Shown one piece after another: positions 53,100 through 64,000 of a stretch of 64,000 bases of DNA. A program made the translations under genes and the position numbers. This DNA is from Eledone cirrhosa (Eukaryota): the NCBI GenBank assembly GCA_964016885.1, contig OZ024740.1, positions 197,904,001 to 197,968,000 of the forward strand, in the 5' to 3' direction. How positions within the stretch are numbered: the first letter of the stretch is position 1; each line of letters opens with the position of its first letter. The notes beneath the pieces are model-generated. The model saw only the letters and a program-made list of their open reading frames with translations, was not told where the DNA came from and did not search any database.

Positions 53100-53470
53100 T
53101 TATTGACGTATATGTAATCTTGATGATGAAAGAAATGGACTAGAGTGGGCCTCTGTTGATCTAGACGTTGAGTGGTACGGTTGTTAGATCATCGCAGCAA
53201 CAAGCACGTGAAATTAACGTGCAGATGGCTGAGCGTAATTCTCTAGGTGATAAAGCGTGACACACTGTGTAACTAGACTGGATCCTCGAATTGCAGGTGC
53301 AGTTCACCTGACGGGTCTCCACAAAATTCCTACTTACCACATTCTATACAAAATGCTGGGATCTGAGCGGAGCTGGTGTAAATGGCATTTACTGAAGATG
53401 CCAATATGTGGGATTGAACCCCGAATCTTATGACTGCAGGGTGAACTTCTTAACTATTCAGACCTGCATC
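53100..53470 (-). mobile_element. Degenerate tRNA-derived SINE of a further family (related pieces at about 53820-54135 and 63505-63800, + strand)
   Basis: B-box-like GGTTCAATCCCAC; shared GAGAATTACG...CACGTTAATTTC segments. Confidence 0.45.
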
Positions 53471-54138
53471 TTCTAATGATAATGAATAACTCTTTCGTAA
53501 TTGAATATATGTTTTGAGAATCAACGCGCTTCCTGTAGACACCGTTTTTACTTTATACTAAATGATTGTCTTTGTTGTTAATCAAGCGACCAGAAGAAAC
53601 CATTTGTACGTAATTCGATTCTGTCGATATATTTCGAGGTTTAAGTATATTTAGAAAACCTCTGTTCGATAATTATTGTCTAGTGGTTGATATTATTAAA
53701 TATTTTATATTTGCATATCACTTATCAGTCAGTCACTAAATTCTGTCTAATATTAGCTGTTAAAGAACATTTTAAAATTAACCTACGTTATGAAATTTAT
53801 GTAACTATGATATAAAAGCAGGCATGTCTGCATTCAGAGTGTTCTGGTTCGTTCCCACTGCTTAGCGCATTAGAAAAGTGTTTTTAGCATAGCTTCAGGA
53901 TATCCGATCCGAGTATTTTGTGTAAAATTACCTAAATGGAAAATGTGTCGAAAGCTTTTGGTTGGATATTGCCTGTAATTCAAGGCCGAGTCTTGTCCTA
54001 CATTGCTTCACGCTCATTCTGCCTGAGAATTACGTTAAAAGTACTCGTGTTTCTGTAAAACTCAACCACTTTCACGTTAGTTGGTTGATGAGTCGGGCGT
54101 TTAGTGGATCGAATGAACAATGAAAACTGACAGAGCCC

Positions 54139-54249
54139 ATCATCACCATAATAATATAATAATCCTCATCATCAATCCTCCTCCTCCTCCTCCTCCCCCT
54201 ACTCCTCCTCCTCCTTATGATGATGATGATCATCATCACCATCACCATT

Positions 54250-54281
<32 letters not shown>

Positions 54282-54291
54282 CATCATTACT
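54139..54291. repeat. (CAT)n/(CCT)n compound microsatellite
   Basis: Directly visible. Confidence 0.9.
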
Positions 54292-54419
54292 ATTTATCGT
54301 TGTAAATTTACGTCGTAAATAGAAATAAGAGTCGTAGCTTACAACGTTCACTATCAACTGATAGACTTTGCAGGTTATATATTGCTTTTTTATGTCTGGA
54401 GGAAGGGACTAAGAGTAAA

Positions 54420-54549
54420 CTTTGTAGACCCAGTGAAACTGATGTTGTTGATATTTAATTTAAATTGTTGCAGATCGATATTTACAGGGAGATAATTCCA
54501 GAGAGATGACATTCTGGGGAGCAAGGACGGGGAGAAGCAGTCATTGAGG
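54420..54549 (-). mobile_element. CR1/L2-like LINE ORF2 3' remnant, split by the hAT insertion
   Basis: Translates SLLPRMSSLWNYLP..DLQQFKLNIN, like the CR1/L2 C-terminal motif PRT..LWN.LP. Confidence 0.5.
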
Positions 54550-56162
54550 CAGGCCCGTAGCCATGGGGATGCCAGGGGATGCCTGGCATCTCCTATTAAA
54601 AGCAAATTTAGTTTTGGCATCCCCATCAAACAAGATTTTATTTTTTAAAATTAACACAACAGGTAAAGGCAAAATAAAACATTAATCACACAGAATAAGC
54701 CTATATAAGACAATATCATAATATTATACGGTTTGACTTGTATTTTATGTTATGGCTGGTTATTGTGGTGGTTTGCAATAATTATTGAATGAAAAAGTTG
54801 GTCGGAAAGTGGTATATATTCACTGTTTTTGTCACAAAATGGCTTTAGTTGTCAAGCGCTCTTTATCATCTATAAATAAAATTAATGATCATTATGATAT
54901 TGTGTGTAATTTATACAATCATTTCAAATTGGTTGATTTCGAAAACATTACAAAGGGAAAGCATTAAAGCGTTCAATTAAAACACGGTGGTCAGGTCATT
55001 TTGAAACTATCAACGCAATTAACAGTGAGTTTAATGATATATTTGACTGTTTACATATTACCTCAACTAATAAAAGCGTTAAAGTTGATCATCGTATAAC
55101 ATCATCTGGTCTTTATGCTCAAATATTTAATTCAGAGTTTATCTTATGTAACAAAATTTTAAAAGAAATGTTACAAATATTAAATATTGCTAGTCTGATT
55201 TTTCAACTAAAAACAGCAAATATACTCAACAATATTAATGTCATTAAAGAGTGTCAAGCAGAAATACAAGCCATAACCAATTTTTATTCTATAGAGAAGA
55301 TTCGTGAGGATTTGAAGTTTTTGCAAACTTACTATATGGACCAGAATCGACGACCATATCGAAATTGCACAATGCCTCATCGATTTGATTCGTGTATAAT
55401 TGATTGCAGCATTCCATCAAGCCAAATCATAGGAAGTTCTGCGGAAAATATTCGTCAAATCGTTGTAGAATTAAAAGACATTTTGGTATCGAAGTTTAAC
55501 AATCGATTCAATGAATATAATTGTAATACATGGATATCGATGGATGCATTACGTCTAGAATCTGAAAATGCTTTAGACTCTGGAACCGTTACTGGATTAT
55601 GCAAAAACCATTCCAATCATGAACAAATTTTATTGAAGATAATAATATTGATATCGATTTACTAAAAGCTCAATGTAGTGTCCATCTAAGTCTTGTAAAA
55701 AACTATTTTGGTAAACGATGTAATACTGAAACAATAAATATTCAAGATATATATAAATTATTACATACAAAATATCAATCAACGGCCTCTGCAATAATAA
55801 TGCTATACAGAATTGTATTAACATGTGGCTATAGTTCGTCAAGAGTTGAATGCCTATTTTCTGCTATGGCTCACATAGACTCACCACAAAGAAGAAGTCA
55901 ATCACCTTACAGAGAATGTAATTTGACATTCATTTTTTTCGAAAAAGATAAATGTGAAAAAATTAAATTTGAAGACTTTGCAAATGAGTGGTTAAAGAAA
56001 CCACGAAAACTATTTTTTTGACATTTCATTGTATAATGTGTCTTTGTTTGGAATAATATATATATTTTACTAAACAATATTTCTTCATTTTGTTTTGGCA
56101 TCCCCATGTTTTAACATATATTCGAATGGCATTACCTGGCAGAAAACCTGGCTACGGGTTTG
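54550..56162 (+). mobile_element. Internally deleted hAT DNA transposon with 8-bp TSD
   Basis: TSD CATTGAGG (54542-54549, 56163-56170); TIRs CAGGCCCGTAGCCA / TGGCTACGGGTTTG; transposase remnants YIHCFCHK, KTRWSG, SSSRVECLFS. Confidence 0.9.
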
Positions 56163-57883
56163 CATTGAGGAGCTAAAACGGAAGAAAAGAAGGCAAAGAG
56201 CCGGAAAATATTTCGACGCTTCAACAAATCTATCGGATAGATTTTATCTACCACAAATCATGTTACACTTTACATAGAAGGAAAGACGTATTGGGTAATA
56301 TAGTCTTAAATTAAATATGCACGGAAAAAAGATGAAATGAGAACTGATGGATAGCTTTGATTATATGTTCACTGGATGAAAAACTGTTCTAGGGCTAAAA
56401 CATAGCAGTTGCACCTGCAACTACATCACTTGTTTAGGGAAGCAACAACCAGCACACATGACTATAAATGAACGAGCTAGAGACAAATTTCAAACGAAAG
56501 AAGGGATATTGATCTACCAGAAATCGGAAGTGATGAACGTTTGGGCGAAACTGTAATTTACCTAACGCTATTTCCATTAAACGTCGTATAATATTTATAA
56601 TCTACGCGGATATGCTTATCTATAAAGCTTTGAAAATCCTAGCAACATGGAAATAAATATTTAAACAATATGACAGATTAAACCATCCAATGATTAATTT
56701 CCTATTATGGCGTTTTCTGTGTTATTACTGTTCTGTGCGAAATGTATTCCTCTATGTAACTTAAAAACCCTAATATTTGCCGTCTCATCGGTATATGTTC
56801 ATGTAGTTTATTGAGCAAATTATGTTTTTCAAATTGCCGTAAAATAAAAAGCTTTATAGGGATCATTGAACTTCCGCTTAATCAGATTCGTTATATTAAT
56901 AAATACATCTCTGATCAGAATTATGGAAAATTAGGCATCCCTGTGTTTTTTAAATTGTCGGAGGTAGGAAAATTAACATTTGCACAGACACATATATATG
57001 GCCATATTACAATGTCTTTACACAATATCGTACTTTACACGCAAACATATTTAATGTGTTCTTCAGGAGAACAAACAGTGGGAAACAAATTTCTGCCAGA
57101 TAGCTGTAACAAAGATGCCACTTTATGTCAGGATTACTTGTTAAATGGATATCGTTTGGGTAGTAATGGTGTAATGGCATCTTTCATCTCCTATGATAGG
57201 TCCTATTCTTCTGTTTGTTTGTTCCAGTCCACATTACTTTTTCTTTTGAAACATTAATTGTGTGTACTCCAGAGATTTTCAATATTTTCTATCACAGAAT
57301 GTCGGTAACGTTGTTGTGTTGTCTCATTCTGCTGCACCTAAGATTTGCCCAAACCCCCCAAAATCTACCTGGTACAATACATATCGCTGTTTGTTTGTAA
57401 AATACCGCAGCCTGCCACCAACTAGAGCCCAAAACATCGAAATTTGGGCTACAGATGACCATCTATGCTTTAGGAAAGCGATATGATGCAACTGTGGCTA
57501 AACAGTTCATCAGCAATGACACATTATTTTCACATTAACACTGCATGCCACTTGCCACTGTCGTTTCGTAACTGGCCTGATGCTAATATGATCACTCAAA
57601 TTTGGTAGTTTTTGTTATTTTGGGGTATTGGATGTAGAAAGTAATCGGCTAGATCGACCTTCGTCTTTTGTCTAGTCTATTAAAGAGCCGTCGTCCATCT
57701 AAAGTTGTTACTATAGAACATGAGTTCTTTGTCTCTCTGAGAATATATTTTGCAGCACTTTTGAAAGAATATCGATATTGGTGAATTCTTGTAGACACTT
57801 TCATTGATTCAATTTCGAGCTATTTAAAATATATTTTTTCTAACACAATGCAATTCTCATACATTGAAAGATAGTCACAATAT

Positions 57884-58378
57884 TAATAACTGTTTCTACT
57901 TTTGGCACAAGGCCAGCAATTTGAAGCGGCGAGTCAAAGTCGATTAAACGACCCGACTGCTTTACAGGCACTTTATTCCATCGACCCTGTAAGGGGTACT
58001 GGAGGCGCGTGGCCGGTTCGTAAAGTGTTGGACTTCCGATCATAATATCGTGAGTTCGATTCCTGGGCTGAGTTGCGTGTTGCATTCTCTAGCAAAATAC
58101 TTCATTTCACGTTGATCCTGTATACTCAAGTGAAAATGAGTACCAGCAATAGCTGGGGGTTTAACGGAGTATTGTACTGTCAGTCGCTTCATGAAAACCG
58201 GGATAAGCACCGGCCTAACAAGCCTTAAAAGGCTTAAGACAGACTTTAGACTTTAGACTGTAAGGATGAAAGGCAAAGCTAACCTCGGTGGGGTTTGAAC
58301 TTTGAACGTAAAGAGTCTTAGCTATATGCTGTAAAGCATGCTGTCCAGTGTTCTACCGATACTGCCAACACCGCCCTA
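57884..58378 (-). mobile_element. Meta-domain SINE interrupted by a second SINE
   Basis: Halves 57884-57994 and 58258-58378 rejoin into the family consensus. Confidence 0.8.
57995..58257 (+). mobile_element. tRNA-derived SINE (CORE-like body) with (TTTAGAC)n tail
   Basis: A box TGGCCGGTTCG, B box GAGTTCGATTCC; TSD CTGTAAGG at 57987-57994 and 58258-58265. Confidence 0.8.
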
Positions 58379-58462
58379 AGTCAACATTGCAACTTCAGGT
58401 TCAGTCAATTTCTTTGCTTTCCGATGCTATTAATGATTCAGAAGGCATGAAACAGTCCTGTA

Positions 58463-58523
<61 letters not shown>

Positions 58524-58675
58524 ACAATAATAATGGCTTCTGATTTAGGCACAAGGCCATCACTTGAGGTGAGGAGAAGTCGATTAAATTGACCCAGTCT
58601 CTTACTGGTGCTTTGTTTTATCGTCCCCATAAGTATGAAAGGCAAAGCTATCTTCGGTGGAATTTGAACTCAGAA
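58463..58675 (-). mobile_element. 5'-truncated Meta-domain SINE with expanded (TAG)n tail
   Basis: B box and GCCTTTCATACTTATGGGGACGATAAAAC on minus strand. Confidence 0.7.
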
Positions 58676-58694
58676 TAACAACACTGATTATAAC

Positions 58695-59040
58695 GAATCC
58701 TTTATTAGCCACAAGAGTTTAGACATCGAAACACAGTAAACATACACATAGGGGTCACAATAGATGTGAGGCTGGACAAAGTTATATAAAATTGAGAGTA
58801 GGGGAAAGGGCTTTATAAAATAGAAAGTTTAATTTGATAAAACATGTATAAGGTTACACCTATTGCAAAACACAATAATTAACACAAGATATAATAACAT
58901 AAACACTTCTTAGGTTACTCACCCACTCAAGGTGGTAACCCACTAATTAAGTCGACTCAGAAGTTCTGACAGGACCCGTTTGAAGGGTTGTTTAAGGACT
59001 CTTCCTCCACGAATTTCCCAGGAATAAGTGTGCGAATAAT
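58695..59040 (-). mobile_element. Tx1-like 3' UTR fragment
   Basis: Minus-strand end CTCTTGTGGCTAATAAAGGATTC matches the Tx1 terminal motif. Confidence 0.55.
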
Positions 59041-59048
59041 TAAGAAAA

Positions 59049-59272
59049 AATAATAATTGTTTCTACTTTAGGCACAAGGCCAGCAATTTGAAGGAGAAGG
59101 GAAAGTCGATTAAATTGACCTCAGCAGTGCGTTACTGGGGTTTTATTCTATCGACCTCGTAAGCATGAAAGGCAAAGATAACCTCGGTGGGATTTGAACT
59201 CAGAACGTAAAGGGCCATAACAAAGTATTGCAAAGAATTTTGTCTGGCGCTCTACTGATTCTGCCAATCAAC
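59049..59272 (-). mobile_element. Meta-domain tRNA-SINE
   Basis: A/B boxes, Meta-like core, ATT tail. Confidence 0.82.
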
Positions 59273-59280
59273 TGCTCATT

Positions 59281-59360
59281 AGAAGAAGAAGAAGAAGAAG
59301 AAGAAGAAGAAGAAGAAGAAGAAGAAGAAGAAGAAGAAGAAAACAAAGAAGAAGAAGAAG
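59281..59360. repeat. (GAA)n microsatellite
   Basis: Directly visible. Confidence 0.95.
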
Positions 59361-59672
59361 TATATATATATATACATATTGTTATACTTGGGGAGGGCCA
59401 TATTGTAATAATATTGCCAGAAATAATAACAGAACAGACTCACTGTTTGGTTGGTTTTCGCTTCTGTATCTTTTATATCTCCATAGTTGATTTATTTGGC
59501 AATCAATGTTTATTATTGATTGACCAGCGGTTAAAAATGCAGATATAAATATATATATAGTCTATCAAACTTCTTTCGTTGCACATCTGCAAGATCATCA
59601 GTGGTTCTATTATGTTTCCTCCTATTGTATTGTATTGTATGTCTACGCCATCGATTATATATATATATTTAT

Positions 59673-59882
<210 letters not shown>

Positions 59883-60436
59883 TAATAAAAGGAATTCCAA
59901 CTTTGTCTGATATGTTTTATTTACAATCCTTTAAAATTATAAGGATATTATAATAAAATAGTATGGTAGAATATTAAATGTTAAATGTTAATTCAATAAG
60001 TACTTTCATACTTTCGCAATCTTCAGGTTCATATTCAGTGGTGACAGTTAAGTTTGCAATTTTCAACTGTAATGAGATGGCTAAAATATGTGCCTTATAT
60101 ACAGTAAAAAGGGGCTACAGAATGCTAGGTTTTGCAAACTGTATTTCGACCAATCGGTGTGTGGTTTCACTAGATTACTAAAGCTGATTGGTTTAGGCGT
60201 CACGGTTGGTTGAGCATGTCTCACGAATTCTATTTGACCCTATCCAAAGCATCAATTGTTTTGATATTTTTAGAAATGATGAAAATAGCATTTTCTAGGG
60301 TTTTTATAAACAAATCTTCAGTAATCATCAACATCAACATCACTTTTATTATTATTATTGTTGTTGTTGTTGTTAGTTGTGGTAGTCGACATGGTCGTAG
60401 GCGTAGTCATAGTAGAAGTAATACCCCTAAGCATTA

Positions 60437-60930
60437 TTATTGTTCATTTAGCTTGGGTTGGAACTTATCAATAACATTATTTTCTTTAATTTTTCTCTTG
60501 ATTTCACTTGGGCTGTGTAGTTTGTAGAATGGAAATATTATAAATATTTTCTGACCACATGTTGCTAAATGGTTACTCAAGGGTATCTGACGGACATTTG
60601 GGTCTCTGATTTGCTGTCGGTGCACCTGTGCACGTTCCGGTAGTGCATTTCCAGTTTGACCGACATATAGTTCTTCACAATTCGGGCATCTAATGCAGTA
60701 AAATAGATTTCTGCTTTTGCAGTTCATATTTGCATTTGGGAATATTTTTCCAGTTTTTGTGTTCATATATTGACCTGTATGTATGGACTGACATGTGCCA
60801 CATCGACTATCATTGCATTTAGATACAGTGAATGATTGGTCTTTGTTGTTAAGGTCAAACTTTGCCTTTGTTAGTAATTGCTTCGAATTTTTCGGCTGTT
60901 TAATTTTCAACCAATCAACTTTCTCTAATT
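60437..60930 (-). mobile_element. Penelope-like element remnant (GIY-YIG endonuclease with upstream Cys linker, Neptune-type)
   Basis: KCNDSRCGTC...NCKSRNLFYCIRCPNCEELYVGQTGNAL.ER...HR..I..., terminal PKLN. Confidence 0.85.
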
Positions 60931-61171
60931 GAATATATATATATATATATGACAGACAAGAAAAAGGATTGTTTAGGATTGTTTGATTTCATATTTCTGC
61001 CTTTTGCGTTACTGCATGCCCATATATGGACTGTACCCCTTGATAACCTTGATAAATTCAGCCAGATTCCCACCGTACTAATACTGCTGGCTTAGTTCGG
61101 ATTTAATTTTCGAAACGGCCGGAGGTCAGCCATCGGGGTCCTGACTCTTTTCCTATATATATATATATTAT

Positions 61172-61694
61172 GTCAGGTCACACTCGTGTGCGACTGGTAA
61201 CATGTAACCCAGTACAACCTGTCTCATGGTCGGGTCGTCGGCGACTAAACCGGCAGCCCCACCAAGCTTGCTTGGTAAGGAGGGTGATATTTGGACACCC
61301 TGCAGGATGAAATACAAGATCAGGCAAAGGGCGAAGGAACTCAGCAAAGTCAACGACTATCCAAATAGTACTTTTATTTTCACCTGGGAGTGAAAGGCCC
61401 CCAGTTGTTGTCACAACAACTTTTTAAGAGAGGCAAACTTTAAAACAAAAAAAAAAACATGCGACTTCGGAAGCACCCAATGATGTTGACCAGTTCTCCT
61501 TTTCGGGTAGTGTTTTCGATGCTCAGAGAGTAGAACTGGTCGAGTGCAAGGCCTTTCCCCACTTAAAAAAACATAAAAGCACAGGTATTGCTTGTTAAAG
61601 ATATGAATCAGGTTCGTGTGACTGACTATAGCCTATAAGTCCACCAAACTCTGTAATCTGACAAGCGATTGCAATACTCTTAGCAGAGTTTGCC

Positions 61695-61700
<6 letters not shown>
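61172..61700 (+). other. GC-richer, hairpin-dense non-coding island between (TA)n tracts; probable retroelement (RTE?) 5' UTR
   Basis: At least six short inverted repeats; TA repeats both sides. Confidence 0.45.
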
Positions 61701-61782
<82 letters not shown>

Positions 61783-61791
61783 GTATGTATA

Positions 61792-62561
61792 CTCAGCCGT
61801 TAATATGCATAAGGAAAGTATATACTTTTAAACGTTCAATCATCTGACAGGAAGGTATACGATGCTGACGATAGCTAATAAGCTTGAAACTAGTTCATCG
61901 TTCCTTTGTCAGTGTTGAACAAAAGGGCAACGATAGTTGCTAAACGGGCTGTTTGTTGTTTACAAACAAACCGAACATTATAATAAATGTTCGGTAAACC
62001 CATACGTACATATATATACGTATGCATGTATGTACATATATACATACTACTGTACGTCTGTATACATATATGTATATACGTATACATACTTATATTTAAG
62101 TAACAGCCGTACTAAGAGTGAGAAATGAAATTTCGTTTCATTTTTTTCCATTTATCGTTTTCGGTGCGCCCGGCCGACTAACTCACACGATATGCAAATT
62201 AGGCTGCTCAGCCGTTAATATGCATAAGGAAAGTATATACTTTCAAACGTTCAATCATCTGACAGGAAGGTATACGATGCTGACGATAGCTAATAAGCTT
62301 GAAACTAGTTCATCATTCCTTTGTCAGTGTTGAACAAAGGGGCAACGATGGTTGCTAAACACTGTACGGCTTAATTCGGGCTGTTTGTTGTTTACAAACA
62401 AACGGAACATTATAATAAATGTTCGGTAAACCCATACGTACATATATATATGTGCATGTATCTATATATATACATACTACTGTACGTCTGTATACATATA
62501 TGTATGTACGTATACATACTTATATTTAAGTAACAGCCGTACTAAGAGTGAGAAATGAAAT
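61792..62561. repeat. Direct tandem duplication, period about 415-430 bp
   Basis: CTCAGCCGTTAATATGCATAAGG at 61792 and 62207; both copies run to GTACTAAGAGTGAGAAATGAAAT. Confidence 0.9.
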
Positions 62562-63029
62562 ATATATATATATTACATCTGCCAGATATTATAGCAGTAG
62601 TTAATTATGTCAAATTTGTATGCTACATATTCGGTTTGCAATGTAATTCATTAAGTAATAAATACTTATACAGAACAAAGCATGTATTACAAAATTTAAG
62701 ATATGTTCAATGACATTTTAATGTCAATATAAGTACAGACCATAAATCCGAAATCTTGGTGGGAAAATAATAGTGTGAGCGTGCATTCTCTTATTACACA
62801 GAAAAACATAAGAAATTATTTGTATGATTGTGAGAGATTATTGTCTCCTCATCAGAAGGTAACTACACCTAGATGTATCTGTCTACAGATGATCTTTGTA
62901 GTATCGCTATATATGTGAAGCACCTTGTAGAATATAATTAAAATGGCCAATCTAATGTGCATGGCAATGAATAAATCAAATGATAAATATTTATGCACAG
63001 CACAATGTGTGTTTATTATCCTGACAGTT

Positions 63030-63235
63030 GGGGCCGGTGGATTGGCAGTATCGGTAGAGCGTCAGAAAACATGCTTTGCGGCATATAGTTATCGCCCTTT
63101 ACCTTCTGAGTTCAAATCCAGCCGAAGTTAAATTTGTTTGGAGTCGATAAAATAAATTACCAGTAAAGCAGTGGGGTCGGTTTAGTCGATTCCCTCGCAA
63201 ATTGCTGGCCTTGTGCCTATATCAGAAATCATTAT
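63030..63235 (+). mobile_element. Meta-domain tRNA-SINE
   Basis: TGGCAGTATCGGTAGAGC, GAGTTCAAATCC, GTCGATAAAATAAATTACCAG, GGCCTTGTGCCTATATCAGAAATCATTAT. Confidence 0.82.
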
Positions 63236-64000
63236 CTAGATATTTACGTTTGAAACACATGCAGCCATACAAAGAAACTGGTCATTTCAATGTAGAACTC
63301 CATTGTATTTGATATAAATAGTGGTGGCTCCAAGCTTCCTTTGCAGGCGAAATCATAGCCAGTATTGTATCCTGATAAACAAACAACTTTGTGAAAGGCA
63401 TAAAGGCAATATCTTATGTTGTTTTGTCCTGAGTGAATAGCAGAAAATGTATCTACACGTCTATATTTTCTCAGCAAGGTTTATAATGGTCTTGCTCTCA
63501 TGAGGTTCTGAGTTATAGCTCAGTGTGTGGCATCTTGGGCATGTGTCTAGGCTAGATCCAAATGATTTGAATGAAACTGGGCAGAGGGAAACTATGGAAG
63601 CACGACGGACGGGTCTTTCGTGGAATTGAATCTTCTAAGGTTGACATACTATGGCTCTCAGATTCACCTGAAGGATTACTTTAAGGATATACACGTCAGT
63701 GGAATACCCAACGACATGTTAATTTCTCGAGCACACAACTTCTATTGGTGGAACAAGTGGAAGGTTCATCACCGAAACCGACAGCGGTTCATTCCATTTA
63801 TAGCCAACCATACACAATTAGGTACAAAATCAAAGTTAGAAGAAAAAATGTATATAAACATACCAAAATTATGTCTCTACCCCATGATGTTTCATTCGCT
63901 TTTTGGAAATATCCGATCATGGATAAATTCACGAGTTTCGAAATCATCAGGAAACAAACTCAATTGGACAAAGATTTTTATTTATCCATGATCGGATATT

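Noticed and set aside
57298-57540. Acceptor-like TTTTCTATCACAG followed by signal-peptide-like MSVTLLCCLILLHLRFAQT
   Set aside because: Frame closes after about 33 codons; no recognisable domain or further exons
63030-63125. tRNA genes suggested by A/B boxes
   Set aside because: No cloverleaf; the boxes are heads of repeated SINEs

Overview
AT-rich eukaryotic (animal) DNA crowded with microsatellites. The repeat content (RTE, Tx1/L1-group, R4/Dong and Penelope elements, Meta-domain tRNA-SINEs) suggests a coleoid cephalopod such as Octopus; this is an inference. I recognise no host protein-coding gene. The core (about 14.5-53.1 kb) is a near-continuous pile-up of decayed non-LTR retrotransposons inserted into microsatellites. 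(i) A + strand head-to-tail array of Tx1-clade LINEs is separated by (ATCT)n. (ii) Three minus-strand Tx1 elements are bounded by (AAT)n. (iii) Plus-strand R4/Dong restriction-like-endonuclease LINEs use the same (TAA)n tracts in the opposite orientation. The flanks hold TA-embedded RTE fragments, a minimal hammerhead ribozyme, a palindromic MITE, a hAT remnant with an 8-bp TSD, a Penelope GIY-YIG remnant and many SINEs. The most striking signal is in the Tx1 elements. At all four ORF1/ORF2 junctions, from diverged families, the ORF1 stop overlaps a perfect splice donor GTAAGT 39-45 nt before the ORF2 ATG. In three families the ORF2 stop is an acceptor-like CTGTAG|G, so ORF2 looks like one intron. 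Coordinates were read by eye and may be off by a few bases.
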